A stretch of DNA of 64,000 nt, taken from the NCBI GenBank assembly GCA_963734995.1, contig CAVTJD010000012.1, positions 13,754-77,753 of the forward strand, in the 5' to 3' direction. Shown here piece after piece: positions 28,889 to 39,828 of this stretch (its first letter is position 1; every line of letters starts with the position of its first letter). A program made the translations under genes and the position numbers. A model generated the notes under the pieces. That model was given only the letters and a program-made list of their open reading frames with translations. It was not told the DNA's origin and did no database searches. This DNA is from an uncultured Chloroflexia bacterium. Its GTDB lineage: Bacteria > Chloroflexota > Limnocylindria > Limnocylindrales > CSP1-4.

Positions 28889-30478
28889 ATGACCATGAAC
28901 GAATCGGGCGCCGCCAACCAGTCCGCCCGGGATTGGCAACCCAGTGTCAATCCCTGGCTCATCGCCGCTGCGGTGATGATTCCCACCTTCATGGAGGTGC
29001 TCGACACCACCATCGCTTCGGTGGCGCTGCCCCATATCGCCGGCAGCCTCTCGGCAACCACCGACGAGGCCACCTGGGTACTGACCAGCTACCTGGTCGC
29101 CAACGCCATCATTCTACCGGCCAGCGGCTGGTTCTCCCGTTACTTCGGCCGCAAGCGCTTTCTGATCGCCTGCATCATCATCTTCACCATCTCCTCCTTC
29201 CTCAGCGGCGGGGCCCTCTCCCTGGGCATGCTGATCGTCGCCCGCGTCCTGCAGGGGGCGGGCGGCGGAGCCTTGCAACCCCTCTCCCAGGCCATTCTCC
29301 TGGAGAGCTTTCCGCCCGAAAAGCGGGGGCAGGCGATGGCAGTCTTCGGACTGGGGGTAGTCTGCGCACCGATTCTCGGGCCGACCCTCGGCGGCTGGCT
29401 CACCGACAACGCCTCGTGGCGCTGGGCCTTTTACATCAATATCCCGGTGGGGGTCATCGCCGTTCTGATGATCCTCGCCCTGATCGAAGACCCCCCGTAC
29501 ATCCGCCATGCGCCCCGGCCGGGGCGCATCGACAGCCTCGGCTTCGGACTCATGGCCCTGTCCCTGGGGACCCTGCAGGTCATTCTCGACAAGGGCCAGC
29601 AGGAGGACTGGTTCTCGACGGCCTGGATCCGCTGGCTCGCCATCATCAGCGCCCTTTCCCTGATCCTGTTCCTGATCCGGGAACTGCGTACCAGGGATCC
29701 GATCGTCCATCTGCGCGTATTTCTCGACCGCAATTTCGCCGCCGGCACCCTGCTTATCACCCTCGTGGGCGTGGTCCTCTACAGCGCCATCACCATGATC
29801 CCTCTCTATCTGCAGACCCTTATGGACTATACCGCCCTGCAGAGCGGTATCGCCGTGGCCAGCCGGGGGGTCGGGGCCCTGATGACCATGCCGGTGGTCG
29901 GGTATCTCACCAGCAAGATCGATTTCCGCAAACTGGTCGGTTTGGGATTCTTCCTGGTCGCCCTCTCCCTGTGGATCATCGGCGGACTCAACCTCGACAT
30001 CACCATGTGGGAAATCGCCTGGCCCTCCATCGTCACCGGGGTGGGCCTGGCCATGGTCTTCGTCCCCCTCGCAGCGGTCACCATGGGCAATCTGCCCCAG
30101 AGCGAGATGGGCAACGCCAGCGGCATCTTCAATCTGATGCGCAACATCGGCGGCAGCGCCGGCATTTCCCTCTTCACCACCTATCTCGCCCGCCAGGCGC
30201 AGGCCAACCAGACCGTTCTGGTCTCTCACGTTACCCCCTTCAACCCGATCTATCACCACCGCTTGCAGACCATGACGCAGCTGCTGCAAACCCGTGTGGG
30301 TCCCTTCGATGCCTCGCATAAAGCGCTGGGACTCCTCTACGGAACCGTCAAGCAGCAGGCCGACCTGCTGGCCTACATGAGCGGTTTTCGCACCATGGCC
30401 CTCATCGCCCTCGGCTGCATTCTCCTGACCCTTCTCCTGCAGCGGGTGAAGCGGGGAGGCCCGCCCTCTGCTCACTGA
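28889..30478 (+). CDS. DHA2 (EmrB/QacA) MFS efflux permease
   Basis: FMEVLDTTIASVALP, WVLTSYLVANA, APILGPTLGGWLTD..SWRWAFYINIP, LDKGQQEDWF. Confidence 0.93.
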   Translation: MTMNESGAANQSARDWQPSVNPWLIAAAVMIPTFMEVLDTTIASVALPHIAGSLSATTDEATWVLTSYLVANAIILPASGWFSRYFGRKRFLIACIIIFTISSFLSGGALSLGMLIVARVLQGAGGGALQPLSQAILLESFPPEKRGQAMAVFGLGVVCAPILGPTLGGWLTDNASWRWAFYINIPVGVIAVLMILALIEDPPYIRHAPRPGRIDSLGFGLMALSLGTLQVILDKGQQEDWFSTAWIRWLAIISALSLILFLIRELRTRDPIVHLRVFLDRNFAAGTLLITLVGVVLYSAITMIPLYLQTLMDYTALQSGIAVASRGVGALMTMPVVGYLTSKIDFRKLVGLGFFLVALSLWIIGGLNLDITMWEIAWPSIVTGVGLAMVFVPLAAVTMGNLPQSEMGNASGIFNLMRNIGGSAGISLFTTYLARQAQANQTVLVSHVTPFNPIYHHRLQTMTQLLQTRVGPFDASHKALGLLYGTVKQQADLLAYMSGFRTMALIALGCILLTLLLQRVKRGGPPSAH

Positions 30479-30681
30479 GCCATCCCCCCCCAAGGGCTGT
30501 TGCCCTATCGTTTTCCAGGAATATTCATTTTCCTGACGGACCCGTTATCCCCAAGGAGAGATCGCACCGGTTCGAACAATGCTGCGTACGTTAGGGCGCT
30601 CGGTGCGTCCCTGCATTTTCGTATTTTCCGGCTGCGGTATCCTGCGGGGCCGGACACGCCTGAGACCAAGGAGGCCGCCTC

Positions 30682-31040
30682 ATGAAAAAGCCCCTCACCC
30701 ATGAAGAGCTGGATAAAATGAACGCCTACTGGATCAGCTGTTGCGGGGGTACGGCTACCGCTCCCACTTCGTCGCGGGGAGCGACCCCGAGGAGGTCCAC
30801 CATCCTCTGGCGCCGTCCCATCGCCCCCCTCAACTACCTGCTCACCTCCCACGTCTGGCGCCATGACCACTACGGCTTCCGTCAACAGGATCCGGGGTTC
30901 ATCGACCACATAGTGAACTAGAAAGCCGACATCATCCGCGTCTACCTCCCCCCCCCCGACGCCAACACCCTGCAATCGGTGGCCCTGCCTGCGCAGCCGT
31001 CACTACGTCAACGTCATCGTTGCCGGAAAACAGCCCGAAT
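30682..31040 (+). pseudogene. Heavily deleted phosphoketolase (Xfp) relic
   Basis: [11 protein letters not shown]-terminus joined to [31 protein letters not shown], in-frame TAG, then IIRVY..PDANTL and RHYVNVIVAGKQP. Confidence 0.85.
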
Positions 31041-31173
31041 CCGCAACAAATTTGACAATCTTTCTTCGCCCTATATCATTAGCTGTGTTTCATGGCGGAT
31101 CGCTACCTGACCGGTGCAGGGCAAAGACACCCTTCAGGATTTTGTGACCTTTATTCCCCAAAGGAGGTATTTC

Positions 31174-32464
31174 ATGGTATTGAAATTCCCCGCCGTAATT
31201 TCGATGCTTTTTCTGATGGTGTTCGGCATTTCGTCCCTCTCACTCGCAACGCCATCTCTAGCGGCCTCCGCCCCTACCGCCGAAGAACTCAATTCCAGGA
31301 TCGAATCGTTGGAAAAGAGCCTTGCCGATACCAAAAAAGAGGTCGGCGAGCTGCGTGCGGCGCAAAAACAGGCCCCGAAAAAGGAGGAAAAGGGCATCCA
31401 CATCGGCGGCGCCCTGCGGGTCAATTACAGCTATCTCGACTGGGATCCGGGCAGCCATGAGCGCGGCGGAGACTTCGCCTTCGATACCTTCCGCCTGAAC
31501 CTAGACGGCGAACTCGGCAAGATCCTGCTCTCCGCCGAGTACCGCTTCTATCCAGAGTACGGCTTCAACACCATTCACCATGGCTGGATCGGATACAATT
31601 TCACCGAAAACCTCCAGGGGCAGATCGGCGTAAGCAAGGTCCCCTTCGGAATCCTGCCCTTCGCTTCCCACAGCTTCTGGTTCAGCGGCGCCTATTATGT
31701 GGGTCTGGAGGACGACTACGACCTCGGCATTAAGAGCATCTACAAGCGGGGCCCCTGGAATCTCCAGCTGGCCTTCTACAAAAATGGCGAACTGGGCGAT
31801 GCCGGCAATGCCGGCCGCTACTCGGTCGATGTCATCAACAACGCCGACGGCGGCTACGCCGGGGCCTTTGCCGACGGCAACGAGGAAACCAACCAGTTCA
31901 ACGCGCGCCTCGCCTATACCTTCGAGCACGGGGATTTCGGCAGCACCGAGGTGGGAATCAGCGGCATGTGGGGGCAGCTCTACAATACCCAAACCAAGGA
32001 CAGCGGCGATCACTGGGCCGGATGCGTGCACCTGAACGGCAACTACGGGCGGTGGAATCTGCAGCTCGAAGGGATCGGCTACGGCTACAACCCCGAAGAC
32101 CCGCGCACGGCCGTCCGACAGCGACATCATCACCATGGGCGCCTACAGCTTCTCCTGGGGCGTCCCCGCCAAGGCCCTGATCGGCACCGCCAACCTCGCC
32201 TACGGTCTGCCCGTCAGCTGGGGGCCGATCAGCAAGCTGACTTTCTACTCGGACAACACGGTGATCGAGCCGGACAGGGTCCGCTTTCCCACCATCTGGC
32301 AGAACGTGGTCGGCATGCTGGTCACCGCCGGTCCGGTCTACACCTATGTCGATCTCATCTCCGGCCGGAACATGATCTTCATGGGCGGCAACATGGTGGG
32401 CGGCCCCGCCGCCAGTTCCGGTCGCAACACCCGGCTGAACATCAATTTCGGCTATTATTTCTGA
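31174..32464 (+). CDS. Outer-membrane beta-barrel/porin-like protein; frameshift near 32110
   Basis: Signal peptide, short coiled coil, alternating aromatic strands, C-terminal NINFGYYF; TTGACA-N16-TATCAT promoter at 31052. Confidence 0.75.
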
Positions 32465-32552
32465 TTAGATCCTTCTCCCCGCCTGCCGTCTCGGGGATCG
32501 GAGGTTAAACGAATGGAAAAACCCGGCAGACAGCCATAGCGACAGGACAAAC

Positions 32553-32582
32553 GAAAAAGGCGGCCCCCGGACCGCCTTTTTC
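32553..32582. terminator. Bidirectional intrinsic terminator between convergent genes
   Basis: GAAAAAGGCGG-N8-CCGCCTTTTTC. Confidence 0.75.
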
Positions 32583-32601
32583 GTTTCCCATTGAAAACCG
32601 A

Positions 32602-33033
32602 TCAATGCAGCCCCTTGCGGGTCTCCTCCCCAGCCTTCGCGCCGACGCCCCCCTGGACGCTGCGGACATGGGCGCTGATCTGCTTGACCTCGTTGCTGAA
32701 CTGCTCATAGTCGAGCTGCAGGCCGTTGACGTAGGCGCTCCACCCGGCGGTGAACTTGGCAAAATGGTTCGCGGCCTCGATTTCTTCGGCGGTCGCACCG
32801 AAAAGGCGTGCCACTTCCGTATGATAGGTCGCGCAATAGCGGCATTTCGTCACACCGGAGATCGCAATGCCGATCAATTCCCGATACTTCTGGGGGATCG
32901 GCCCGTCCTCGAGCTCAATTTGCCGGAACAGTCTCCATTCGTTTTCAAGCATCGATTCGGGAACCTTCTTGAACATCATAGGAACAACGCCCAAGGTCTG
33001 CTCTATCTCCCGATAGACTTCCTGTTTTGTCAT
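32602..33033 (-). CDS. Carboxymuconolactone decarboxylase / AhpD family protein
   Basis: KYRELIGIAISGVTKCRYC..YH..ARLFGATAEEI. Confidence 0.85.
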   Translation of the reverse strand: MTKQEVYREIEQTLGVVPMMFKKVPESMLENEWRLFRQIELEDGPIPQKYRELIGIAISGVTKCRYCATYHTEVARLFGATAEEIEAANHFAKFTAGWSAYVNGLQLDYEQFSNEVKQISAHVRSVQGGVGAKAGEETRKGLH

Positions 33034-33263
33034 TTCGACCTTCCTTTCTCCTTCTCTTTCGAAGGCCCCTTCCCTTCATCCCCGGTGGGGTTGGGGTTTT
33101 ACGTGATAAATTGGTTTTTGCAGTTTTTCCCCCTCAATTTCCCTTTATCACCATTTCCCGGCACGTCAATGGCATAACCATTTAATTTTGCGAACAAACT
33201 TCGCCACAGCGATCTCCCCGCCTCAAGATGAACGCAGTGTGACCGGAGGCCGCCCTCCTTTCG

Positions 33264-34200
33264 CTAGAGCGAGGCAAAATAGGCGGCCATCTTCTCTCTC
33301 ATGGTGGGGTCGGGCAGCCGGCCAAACCCGGCCGCCATGTTGTCCCGCATGTGACGGACCTTGGCAGTGGCGGGAATCGCGCAGGTGACCGCTGGGTGGG
33401 AGACGATGTACTTGAGAAAGAACTGCCCCCAGCTGGTGCAGTCGAACTCGGCCGCCCAGCCGGGAAGCGCCTCGCCGCGGGCTTTGCGGAACAGCTCGCC
33501 GCGCTGGAAAGGGCGGTTGACGAGGACCGCCATCCCGCGCTCGGCCGCCAGCGGCAGCAGGCGCTCTTCGGCGACGCGGTTGACGATGTTGTAGCTGAAC
33601 TGGACGAAGTCGAGCGGTTCGCTGCGCATGAGCGCCTCCAGCTCCCGGTGAAAGCGGCCGTGGGAGGTGGTGATGCCGAGGTAGCGGATTTTCCCTTCGG
33701 CTTTCCAGTCCTTGAGGGTCTTCAGCTGGGTCCGCCAGTCGCGCAGGTTGTGGATCTGCATCAGGTCGAAGCGGCGGATGCCCCACTTGCGAAGCGAATC
33801 CTCCATCTGCCGGATGCCGGCCTCCCGGCCGTCGGTCCAGACCTTGGTGGCAGCGAAGAGCTTTTCCGCGGTGAGCGACCCGCTTCGAAGGGCACCCCAA
33901 TGACCTGCTCGGCCGAGCCGTACATGGGCGAGGAATCGATCAGCTCGCCGCCGTTGTCGAAAAACTCCCTCAGAACTTCGGCGAGGCCCGCCAGGGCGGT
34001 CTCGTCGTCGTCCACATCGAGGGTCAGCGACGTGCCCAGCCCGATGACCGGCAGAGTTTCCCCCGTGGCCGGAATCGCCTTGCGGATCAGGTCCTTTTCG
34101 CCGCCGACAGCGCCGGCGAATCGACCCACACGGCAGCAAGGCGGCGGCCAGGGAGCCGACGAAGGTCCTTCGGGACATCCGATACCGTGTTTGCGTTCAT
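33264..34200 (-). CDS. Aldo/keto reductase with a Tat-like signal; frameshifted
   Basis: SRRTF twin-Arg; LPVIGLGT, IDSSPMYGSAE, ATKVWT, DLMQIHNL, GKIRYLGIT, AIPAT. Confidence 0.88.
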
Positions 34201-35540
34201 GGCGACACCTCCCCTGATTTGGCTCGTGCTTCCTGCCCTTCCCGAGCTGGTAACAGATCCACGCCCACAGCCCGGACAGCGGAGGGCGATGAAGGCGATG
34301 GCCGAAAGGCCGAGACCGAGGGCCTGCAGCCCGGTATAGGCCCAGGCGCTGAGCACATCGCCGCTGCGATAGATGATCGTGTCGATCACGTTCTTCGCCT
34401 TGTATTTTTCCTCCTCGGTCGAGGACGACGAAGAGCATTTCCCGGGACGGCTTCATGATGGCATAATTGCCGGCCCGTCGCACCACCTGCACGGCAATCA
34501 GCACCCCCAGCAGGGGCGCCACGCCGAGCAGCAGAAAGCCGCCGCCCAGCAGCAGGGGGATCAGCGCCAGAGTCCAGCTCATGCCGAAGGCCCTGACGAT
34601 GCGGCTGGTGAGAAATATCTGGATGAGCGAGGGTCAGGGCATTGGCGGCAAAATCCATGGCCGCAAAGACCGTGGTGCGCTGCGCCGGGTCGCTGAAACT
34701 GTCGCGGACGATGCGGGCCTGCTGAAAATAGAGAAAGGTCGACAGCGTCGTGTAGAGCAGAATCAACAGGCAGATCCCCAGCAGGTAGGGCGATCCGGCG
34801 ATCAGCCGCAGCCCTTCCCAGGCCCCGCCGCCCAGACCCCGCTCTTGCGCGGCGGCCGGGGCCTCGGCCGGAATTCGCGGTTGACAGTGGCCGGCGCAGG
34901 TCGCCGCCCTCGCGCCAGGCAATCAGCCGCTGGATGCAGAGCATCGCCCACCCCAGACCTGCGGCGGAGATCAGCAGCAGGTTGGTCGGCCCCAGGGGGA
35001 TGGCCAGGGTGGCGGTCAGGGCGGGGCCGGCCAGCGCTCCGGCGGTGCCTCCGGCCGCGATAAATCCGAAGAGGCGCTTGGCCTGGGCATTGCTGAACAG
35101 GTCGGCCATGAAACTCCAGAAGACCGAGACGATGAACAGGTTGAACACGCTGGTCCAGATAAAAAAGGCCCGCGCCACCCAGGCGTGGGTCAGCCCCGAG
35201 CGAAACAGACGCGAAGAAGAGGAGCAGGTTGGCGATGAAGAAGAGGTAGGTCAGGGGGAGAAACTTTTTGCGGGGGATAGCGCGAGGTCACCCACCCGAA
35301 GAGGTGAACGGCGACCAGCATCGCCAGAAAGGTGCCGGTAAAGAGCCACTGCAGATTTTTCACGCCCCCGGCGATGCCCATCGTGTCGCGCATCGGTCGC
35401 ACGATGTAGTAGGCGCACAGCAGGGCGAAAAAGTAACTGAACGACCAGAAGAGCGCCGGGATCTCCTCCGGTTCGACATTGGCCAACCGTTTAAGCCACT
35501 CGTGAACCCGTGAGGTACCGGATTTCGGGAATCTCTCCAT
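34197..35540 (-). CDS. NTP/NDP-exchange-like (AAA/Npt-related) MFS transporter; frameshifted
   Basis: YYIVRPMRD, WLFTGTF, SVFWSFMADLF..QAKRLFGFIAAGG, YAIMKPSREMLF, IDTIIYRSGD. Confidence 0.85.
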
Positions 35541-35702
35541 CGCCTCTTTCCCCCGGATGCGAACGGAGATTACTTCTCTATTATACCGGAAAACCGGGAG
35601 ATTCGCAGGGCCTCGACGGGACTCAGGGCAAAACCGTAAGGGGGCAGCTTGAAGAAAGGAGCGAGCCGGGAACCATGCAGCGAGTGCGGAGGGGAAAATA
35701 AA

Positions 35703-35745
35703 AAAAGGGATTTCCGCTTTCCTTACGATCAGCGGAAATCCCTTT
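35703..35745 (-). terminator. Terminator downstream of the tRNA
   Basis: AAAGGGATTTCCGCT...AGCGGAAATCCCTTT with an A-tract on the + strand. Confidence 0.75.
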
Positions 35746-35754
35746 CAAATTTTT

Positions 35755-35831
<77 letters not shown>

Positions 35832-36021
35832 ACGAGCTGTGTTTTATAACGCATTCGTCGGGGAAATGCAACGGCAAACTTACCGATCCATCCGAGGGGA
35901 TCTCCATGGGCCCTTGCCTACCTCCCCGACGGCCGGCAATCGGCAGGTTGCAAATGTTCCCGAACGATTATAAATTGTAGGCGGTTTGCATTCCCTCTCA
36001 ATAGCGAACGGCCAAAAATCC

Positions 36022-36978
36022 ATGACCTCCTTGATTTCCGTCTTCATCATCGATCCGCCCGAGCGCCTCGATCCGCCCACCGACACCTCGCTGGCGCTGA
36101 TGCGCGAGAGCCTTCGCCGCGGGCACCAGGTCTTTTTCTGCACTCTCGGCGATCTGCGTCTGGAGAAGGGCGCCCTTCGGGGCAGACTGCGTCCCGTGGC
36201 CTTTCCGCCGGGAGAGGAGATGTTTCAGGCCGGCGTCGCCGTAGACATGGACCTGGGCTCGATCGATGTTCTCCACATGCGCAAAGATCCGCCTGTCGAC
36301 GCAGCCTACCTGCATGCGACCTACCTGCTGGACCGGCTTCCCGAAAGTGTTCTTCAGATCAATCCGGCCCGGGCCCTGCGGGATTTCTGCGAAAAGCTGA
36401 TCCCCCTGCGGTTTCCGGACCTGATGCCGACGACGGTGGTCACCGGCTCGGTGGAGGATCTGGGGGCCTTTCTCGACCGCCAGCGGCATATCGTCATCAA
36501 ACCGCTGGGAGATTGCAGCGGCCGGGACATCATCGCCCTGACGCGCGATGCCTCTGGGCGGCAGGCCCTGCTCGAGCGGGCCACGGCCGGCGAAACCAGA
36601 TTCGTTCAGGGGCAGCGTTTTTTGCCTGAAATCCACGAGGGGGACAAACGCATCCTGCTTTTGGACGGCGAGATCCTTGGGTGGGTTCGGCGTGTACCGA
36701 AAGAAGGGGAATTTCGCTCCAACATCAACGCCGGGGGCCGCTGCGTCCCCTGTGAACTGAATGCTTCGGACCAGGCCATCTGCAAGCGCATCGGGCCTTG
36801 GCTGAGGCGGGAAGGGATCCTGTTCGCCGGGGTGGACATCGTCGGCGCGCACGTGCTGGAAGTCAACATCACCAGCCCCTCATGCCTACGGGAGATGAAC
36901 CACCTGACCGGCCAGGAGCTGGAACGACAGATTATCGACGCGGTGGAAACCTATTGTCGAAGGCTTGCGCAGCGATAG
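36022..36978 (+). CDS. gshB: Glutathione synthetase (prokaryotic ATP-grasp type)
   Basis: DTSLALMRE..RRGH, MRKDPPVD..YL.ATYLL, EKL, IKPL, GDKRILLLDGE, FRSN, EVNITSP. Confidence 0.85.
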   Translation: MTSLISVFIIDPPERLDPPTDTSLALMRESLRRGHQVFFCTLGDLRLEKGALRGRLRPVAFPPGEEMFQAGVAVDMDLGSIDVLHMRKDPPVDAAYLHATYLLDRLPESVLQINPARALRDFCEKLIPLRFPDLMPTTVVTGSVEDLGAFLDRQRHIVIKPLGDCSGRDIIALTRDASGRQALLERATAGETRFVQGQRFLPEIHEGDKRILLLDGEILGWVRRVPKEGEFRSNINAGGRCVPCELNASDQAICKRIGPWLRREGILFAGVDIVGAHVLEVNITSPSCLREMNHLTGQELERQIIDAVETYCRRLAQR

Positions 36979-36988
36979 GCCGGAAGTG

Positions 36989-37693
36989 TCATTTCGCAGC
37001 GGCCGGCCCGGCCACATAGCCGAAAATCGGAATCCGCAGATCGGGCCGATGGGTGCCGCTGACCTTCAGCAGGACATAACCGCTGAACTGGCTCGGATCA
37101 TTTCCGGCGGCGAGCCGGACGTGCAGGCGGGCCGATTGGCCGGGGGCGAGATCGGTGGCTGAGAGACGGGCCGTCAGACCGGGGGCCGTGGTCTGCAGGG
37201 CGGAGAAGGCCACCTTCTTGCCACCCCGATTCGAAAGCCGGATAACCGCATTGCGGACTTGCCCGGGCCTCAGGGCGCCGAAATCGATCCGGGAGGGGGC
37301 AAGAGCGATTTCCCGCACGACCCGCCCGCGCAGGGTAAACCGGGCCACCCGCTGGGGAGAGGCGTTGGAATAGAGATAAACGGTCTTGACCACCGGACCC
37401 TGAAAGCGGCTCGAATCGAAGATGGCTTTCAGCTCAGCCGAGCCGCCGGGCGGCACGACCGTTGAGGAGACCAGGGCGGCGGTGCAGCCGCAGGTGCTGC
37501 GCAGGCGCTCGACCACCAGCGGGGCATCGCCGGTATTGCGAAAATGAAAGGCGTGTGTTACTTTCTGCCCCTGAAATACCTCACCGAAGGAGAATTCCCT
37601 CCCCTTCGCGGCCAGGGCAGGACCCGCCGCCCGGGCCAGAGTCGCCCAGCCGAACACTACGACAAAAAAGAGAACCCAGCGGTATCGCTTCAT
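36989..37693 (-). CDS. DUF1573 Ig-like secreted protein
   Basis: Signal peptide; FSFGEV..F.FRNTGDAPL....STCGCT. Confidence 0.85.
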   Translation of the reverse strand: MKRYRWVLFFVVVFGWATLARAAGPALAAKGREFSFGEVFQGQKVTHAFHFRNTGDAPLVVERLRSTCGCTAALVSSTVVPPGGSAELKAIFDSSRFQGPVVKTVYLYSNASPQRVARFTLRGRVVREIALAPSRIDFGALRPGQVRNAVIRLSNRGGKKVAFSALQTTAPGLTARLSATDLAPGQSARLHVRLAAGNDPSQFSGYVLLKVSGTHRPDLRIPIFGYVAGPAAAK

Positions 37694-37801
37694 CTCACCG
37701 TTTTCCTTTCCGGCCGGTGATTGGTCATTTTCGCACCCCAACGGAGCGAACATACCACAACCTCCTCCCCGGAGCCAGGGTTTCGAAACGGTGCGAATAA
37801 A

Positions 37802-37832
37802 TTGACATCAAGAGCCCATCTTGCTATAGAAT
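37802..37832 (+). promoter_or_regulatory. Putative sigma70 promoter of hpt
   Basis: TTGACA-N17-TATAGA(AT) with extended TG. Confidence 0.5.
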
Positions 37833-37872
37833 AAAGCCGCATTAAGCCTTCATTCAGAGAACGGAATATCCG

Positions 37873-38409
37873 ATGTCCCACCCCCCCATGAAGCTTTTAT
37901 TTTCCCGTGAGTACATCGCCTCCCAAGTGCAACGGCTGGCCGAGGAAATCAGCCGTGACTACCCCGATAGGGAGATTCTGCTGGTGGGAGTGCTCAAAGG
38001 CTCCTTCCTCTTTTTCGCCGACCTCGTGCGCGCCATCACCTCTCCGTCCCTGGTCGACTTCATCCGCCTGGCCAGTTACGGCTCCGATACCCAGTCTTCC
38101 GGCATCGTCGAACTGCGCAAGGACATGGAGTTGCCGATCAAGGGGCGCGACGTCATTATCATCGAAGATATCGTCGACAGCGGCTACACCCTCGAATTCC
38201 TCTATCATCGGCTGCTGCAGCGGGAGCCCCGCTCCCTGAAAATCTGCACCCTGATCGACAAACGGGCGCGCCGGGAGGTAGATATCACCCCCGATTATGT
38301 CGGCATCTCCATGGACGACGGCTTTATCATCGGCTACGGCCTCGACTTCGACGAACGGTACCGAAACCTGGCGGACATCTATCTGGTGGGGGAAGCCGAA
38401 CCCGCCTGA
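37873..38409 (+). CDS. hpt: Hypoxanthine phosphoribosyltransferase
   Basis: VLKGS, IIEDIVDSGYTL, FIIGYGLDFDERYRNL. Confidence 0.95.
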   Translation: MSHPPMKLLFSREYIASQVQRLAEEISRDYPDREILLVGVLKGSFLFFADLVRAITSPSLVDFIRLASYGSDTQSSGIVELRKDMELPIKGRDVIIIEDIVDSGYTLEFLYHRLLQREPRSLKICTLIDKRARREVDITPDYVGISMDDGFIIGYGLDFDERYRNLADIYLVGEAEPA

Positions 38410-38422
38410 AGGAGATACGGAC

Positions 38423-39715
38423 ATGGTCATCCTCTGCCCCCAATGCCGAACCCGTTTCAAGCTGGCGGATGAAAAGATCAAGCCGGGCGGAATCAAGGTT
38501 CGCTGCTCCAAATGCCGGAAGGTCTTTTCGGTCGTTCCCCCCGAACCGCCGGAAGCTCCCATAGCAGCCCCGCCGCCGCCAAGTCCGGAACCGTCGGCCG
38601 ACCTGGCCGGTTCGGACATCTTTGCTGAAGAAGCCTTCGGCGATGCCCCCGAAACGTCTTCCGTAGGCGAGGAGCCGCACACCACCGATGCGGTCAACGA
38701 ACCGCCGGCCGGCGATACGCCCGCGCCGGAGGAAAACCGGATCTTTTTTCAGGACGACGCTCCCGCCTACGACGAAGAAATGCGTCCCTTCGAGGAAGAG
38801 CGTCCGACAGAGCAGCCCGCCGAATCCCCGTTCGAGAGTTGGAATGAAGAAAAATCGTCGACCTTTTCCCTGGACGAGTCCGATCACTTTTCCGATGAGG
38901 ACGGTGAATTTTCCTGGGATGGCGAGGAAGCGGATGCCTTCGATTTCAGTGAACCTGCCTCACCGCCATTCACCGACCAGGATAGCGATTTCGGCGAGAT
39001 CACTTTCGCCGAGGAACCGCCCCTCTCAAGTCCCGCAGAGACTGCAGCGGACCTCGAGGCCGGCCCGGAGCGAACAGAGGCGGAACCTCAGCTGCTGCAG
39101 AACCGCGAAGAGCTGGTCGTCCCCGAGGGGGAAAGGCCTCCGCCACCACCACCACGGCTGGCGGCCCGCCGTTCCAACCCTTTTCGCACCCTGTTGCTGT
39201 GTATTTTTCTGCTGCTGCTGATTTTGAGCGGGACCGCCGCCTATTTCTACTGGAATAGCGGCCTCACCGGCATCGAGCGATTGGTCTCCCGGTGGAGCAG
39301 CCCCAGGGGCCGCACTTCGGCAACGAGCGGAATCCATCTGCAGAAGCTGACCGGTTTCTTCATTACCAATCGGGATGCCGGTCAGCTGTTTGTCGTTAAC
39401 GGCGAAGCGATCAACGACTCTTCCGAAGCCCGCTCGGCGATCCTCGTCAAAGGAGTTCTTTACGATAAGAGCGGCCACGTCCAGTTGCAGAAAACGGTTT
39501 ATTGCGGAAACCCGCTGACCGAAAAAGACCTGAGATCTTTGCCTTTCAGCAAAATCGAGAGCGCCATGAGCAACCAGTTCGGCGATTCCCTCTCGAACCT
39601 CAATGTGGCCAAGGGGGAGATGCTCCCCTTTACCATCGTCTTCAGGAATCTGCCGCCGGACCTCGCCGAATACACCGTTGAAGTCGTTGACTCTCAGCCA
39701 GGCTCACGGCAGTAA
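38423..39715 (+). CDS. Zinc-ribbon (MJ0042-type) / acidic linker / TM / DUF3426 protein
   Basis: CPQCRTRF..KVRCSKC..F; acidic low-complexity middle; TM; C-terminal PFTIVF. Confidence 0.85.
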   Translation: MVILCPQCRTRFKLADEKIKPGGIKVRCSKCRKVFSVVPPEPPEAPIAAPPPPSPEPSADLAGSDIFAEEAFGDAPETSSVGEEPHTTDAVNEPPAGDTPAPEENRIFFQDDAPAYDEEMRPFEEERPTEQPAESPFESWNEEKSSTFSLDESDHFSDEDGEFSWDGEEADAFDFSEPASPPFTDQDSDFGEITFAEEPPLSSPAETAADLEAGPERTEAEPQLLQNREELVVPEGERPPPPPPRLAARRSNPFRTLLLCIFLLLLILSGTAAYFYWNSGLTGIERLVSRWSSPRGRTSATSGIHLQKLTGFFITNRDAGQLFVVNGEAINDSSEARSAILVKGVLYDKSGHVQLQKTVYCGNPLTEKDLRSLPFSKIESAMSNQFGDSLSNLNVAKGEMLPFTIVFRNLPPDLAEYTVEVVDSQPGSRQ

Positions 39716-39737
39716 CCATCCCCTTCACCGCTACGGT

Positions 39738-39779
39738 TCCACGCAAAAAAGCCGCAGAAATGCGGCTTTTTTGCGTGGA
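39738..39779. terminator. Bidirectional terminator
   Basis: TCCACGCAAAAAAGCCGCA-gaaa-TGCGGCTTTTTTGCGTGGA. Confidence 0.85.
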
Positions 39780-39828
39780 GGCCGAAGGCCACCGCCCCGT
39801 GCCGGGAACCTCTCAAGGCGCTTCCAAG

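Noticed and set aside
24849-30493. Long antisense ORFs (e.g. 24849-26357, 29114-30493; likewise 8653-10095 and 46509-47702)
   Set aside because: They overlap well-supported genes on the opposite strand, as expected in GC-rich coding DNA.
30919-30921. In-frame TAG in xfp as pyrrolysine or readthrough
   Set aside because: It replaces a Lys-like position in a gene already destroyed by deletions.
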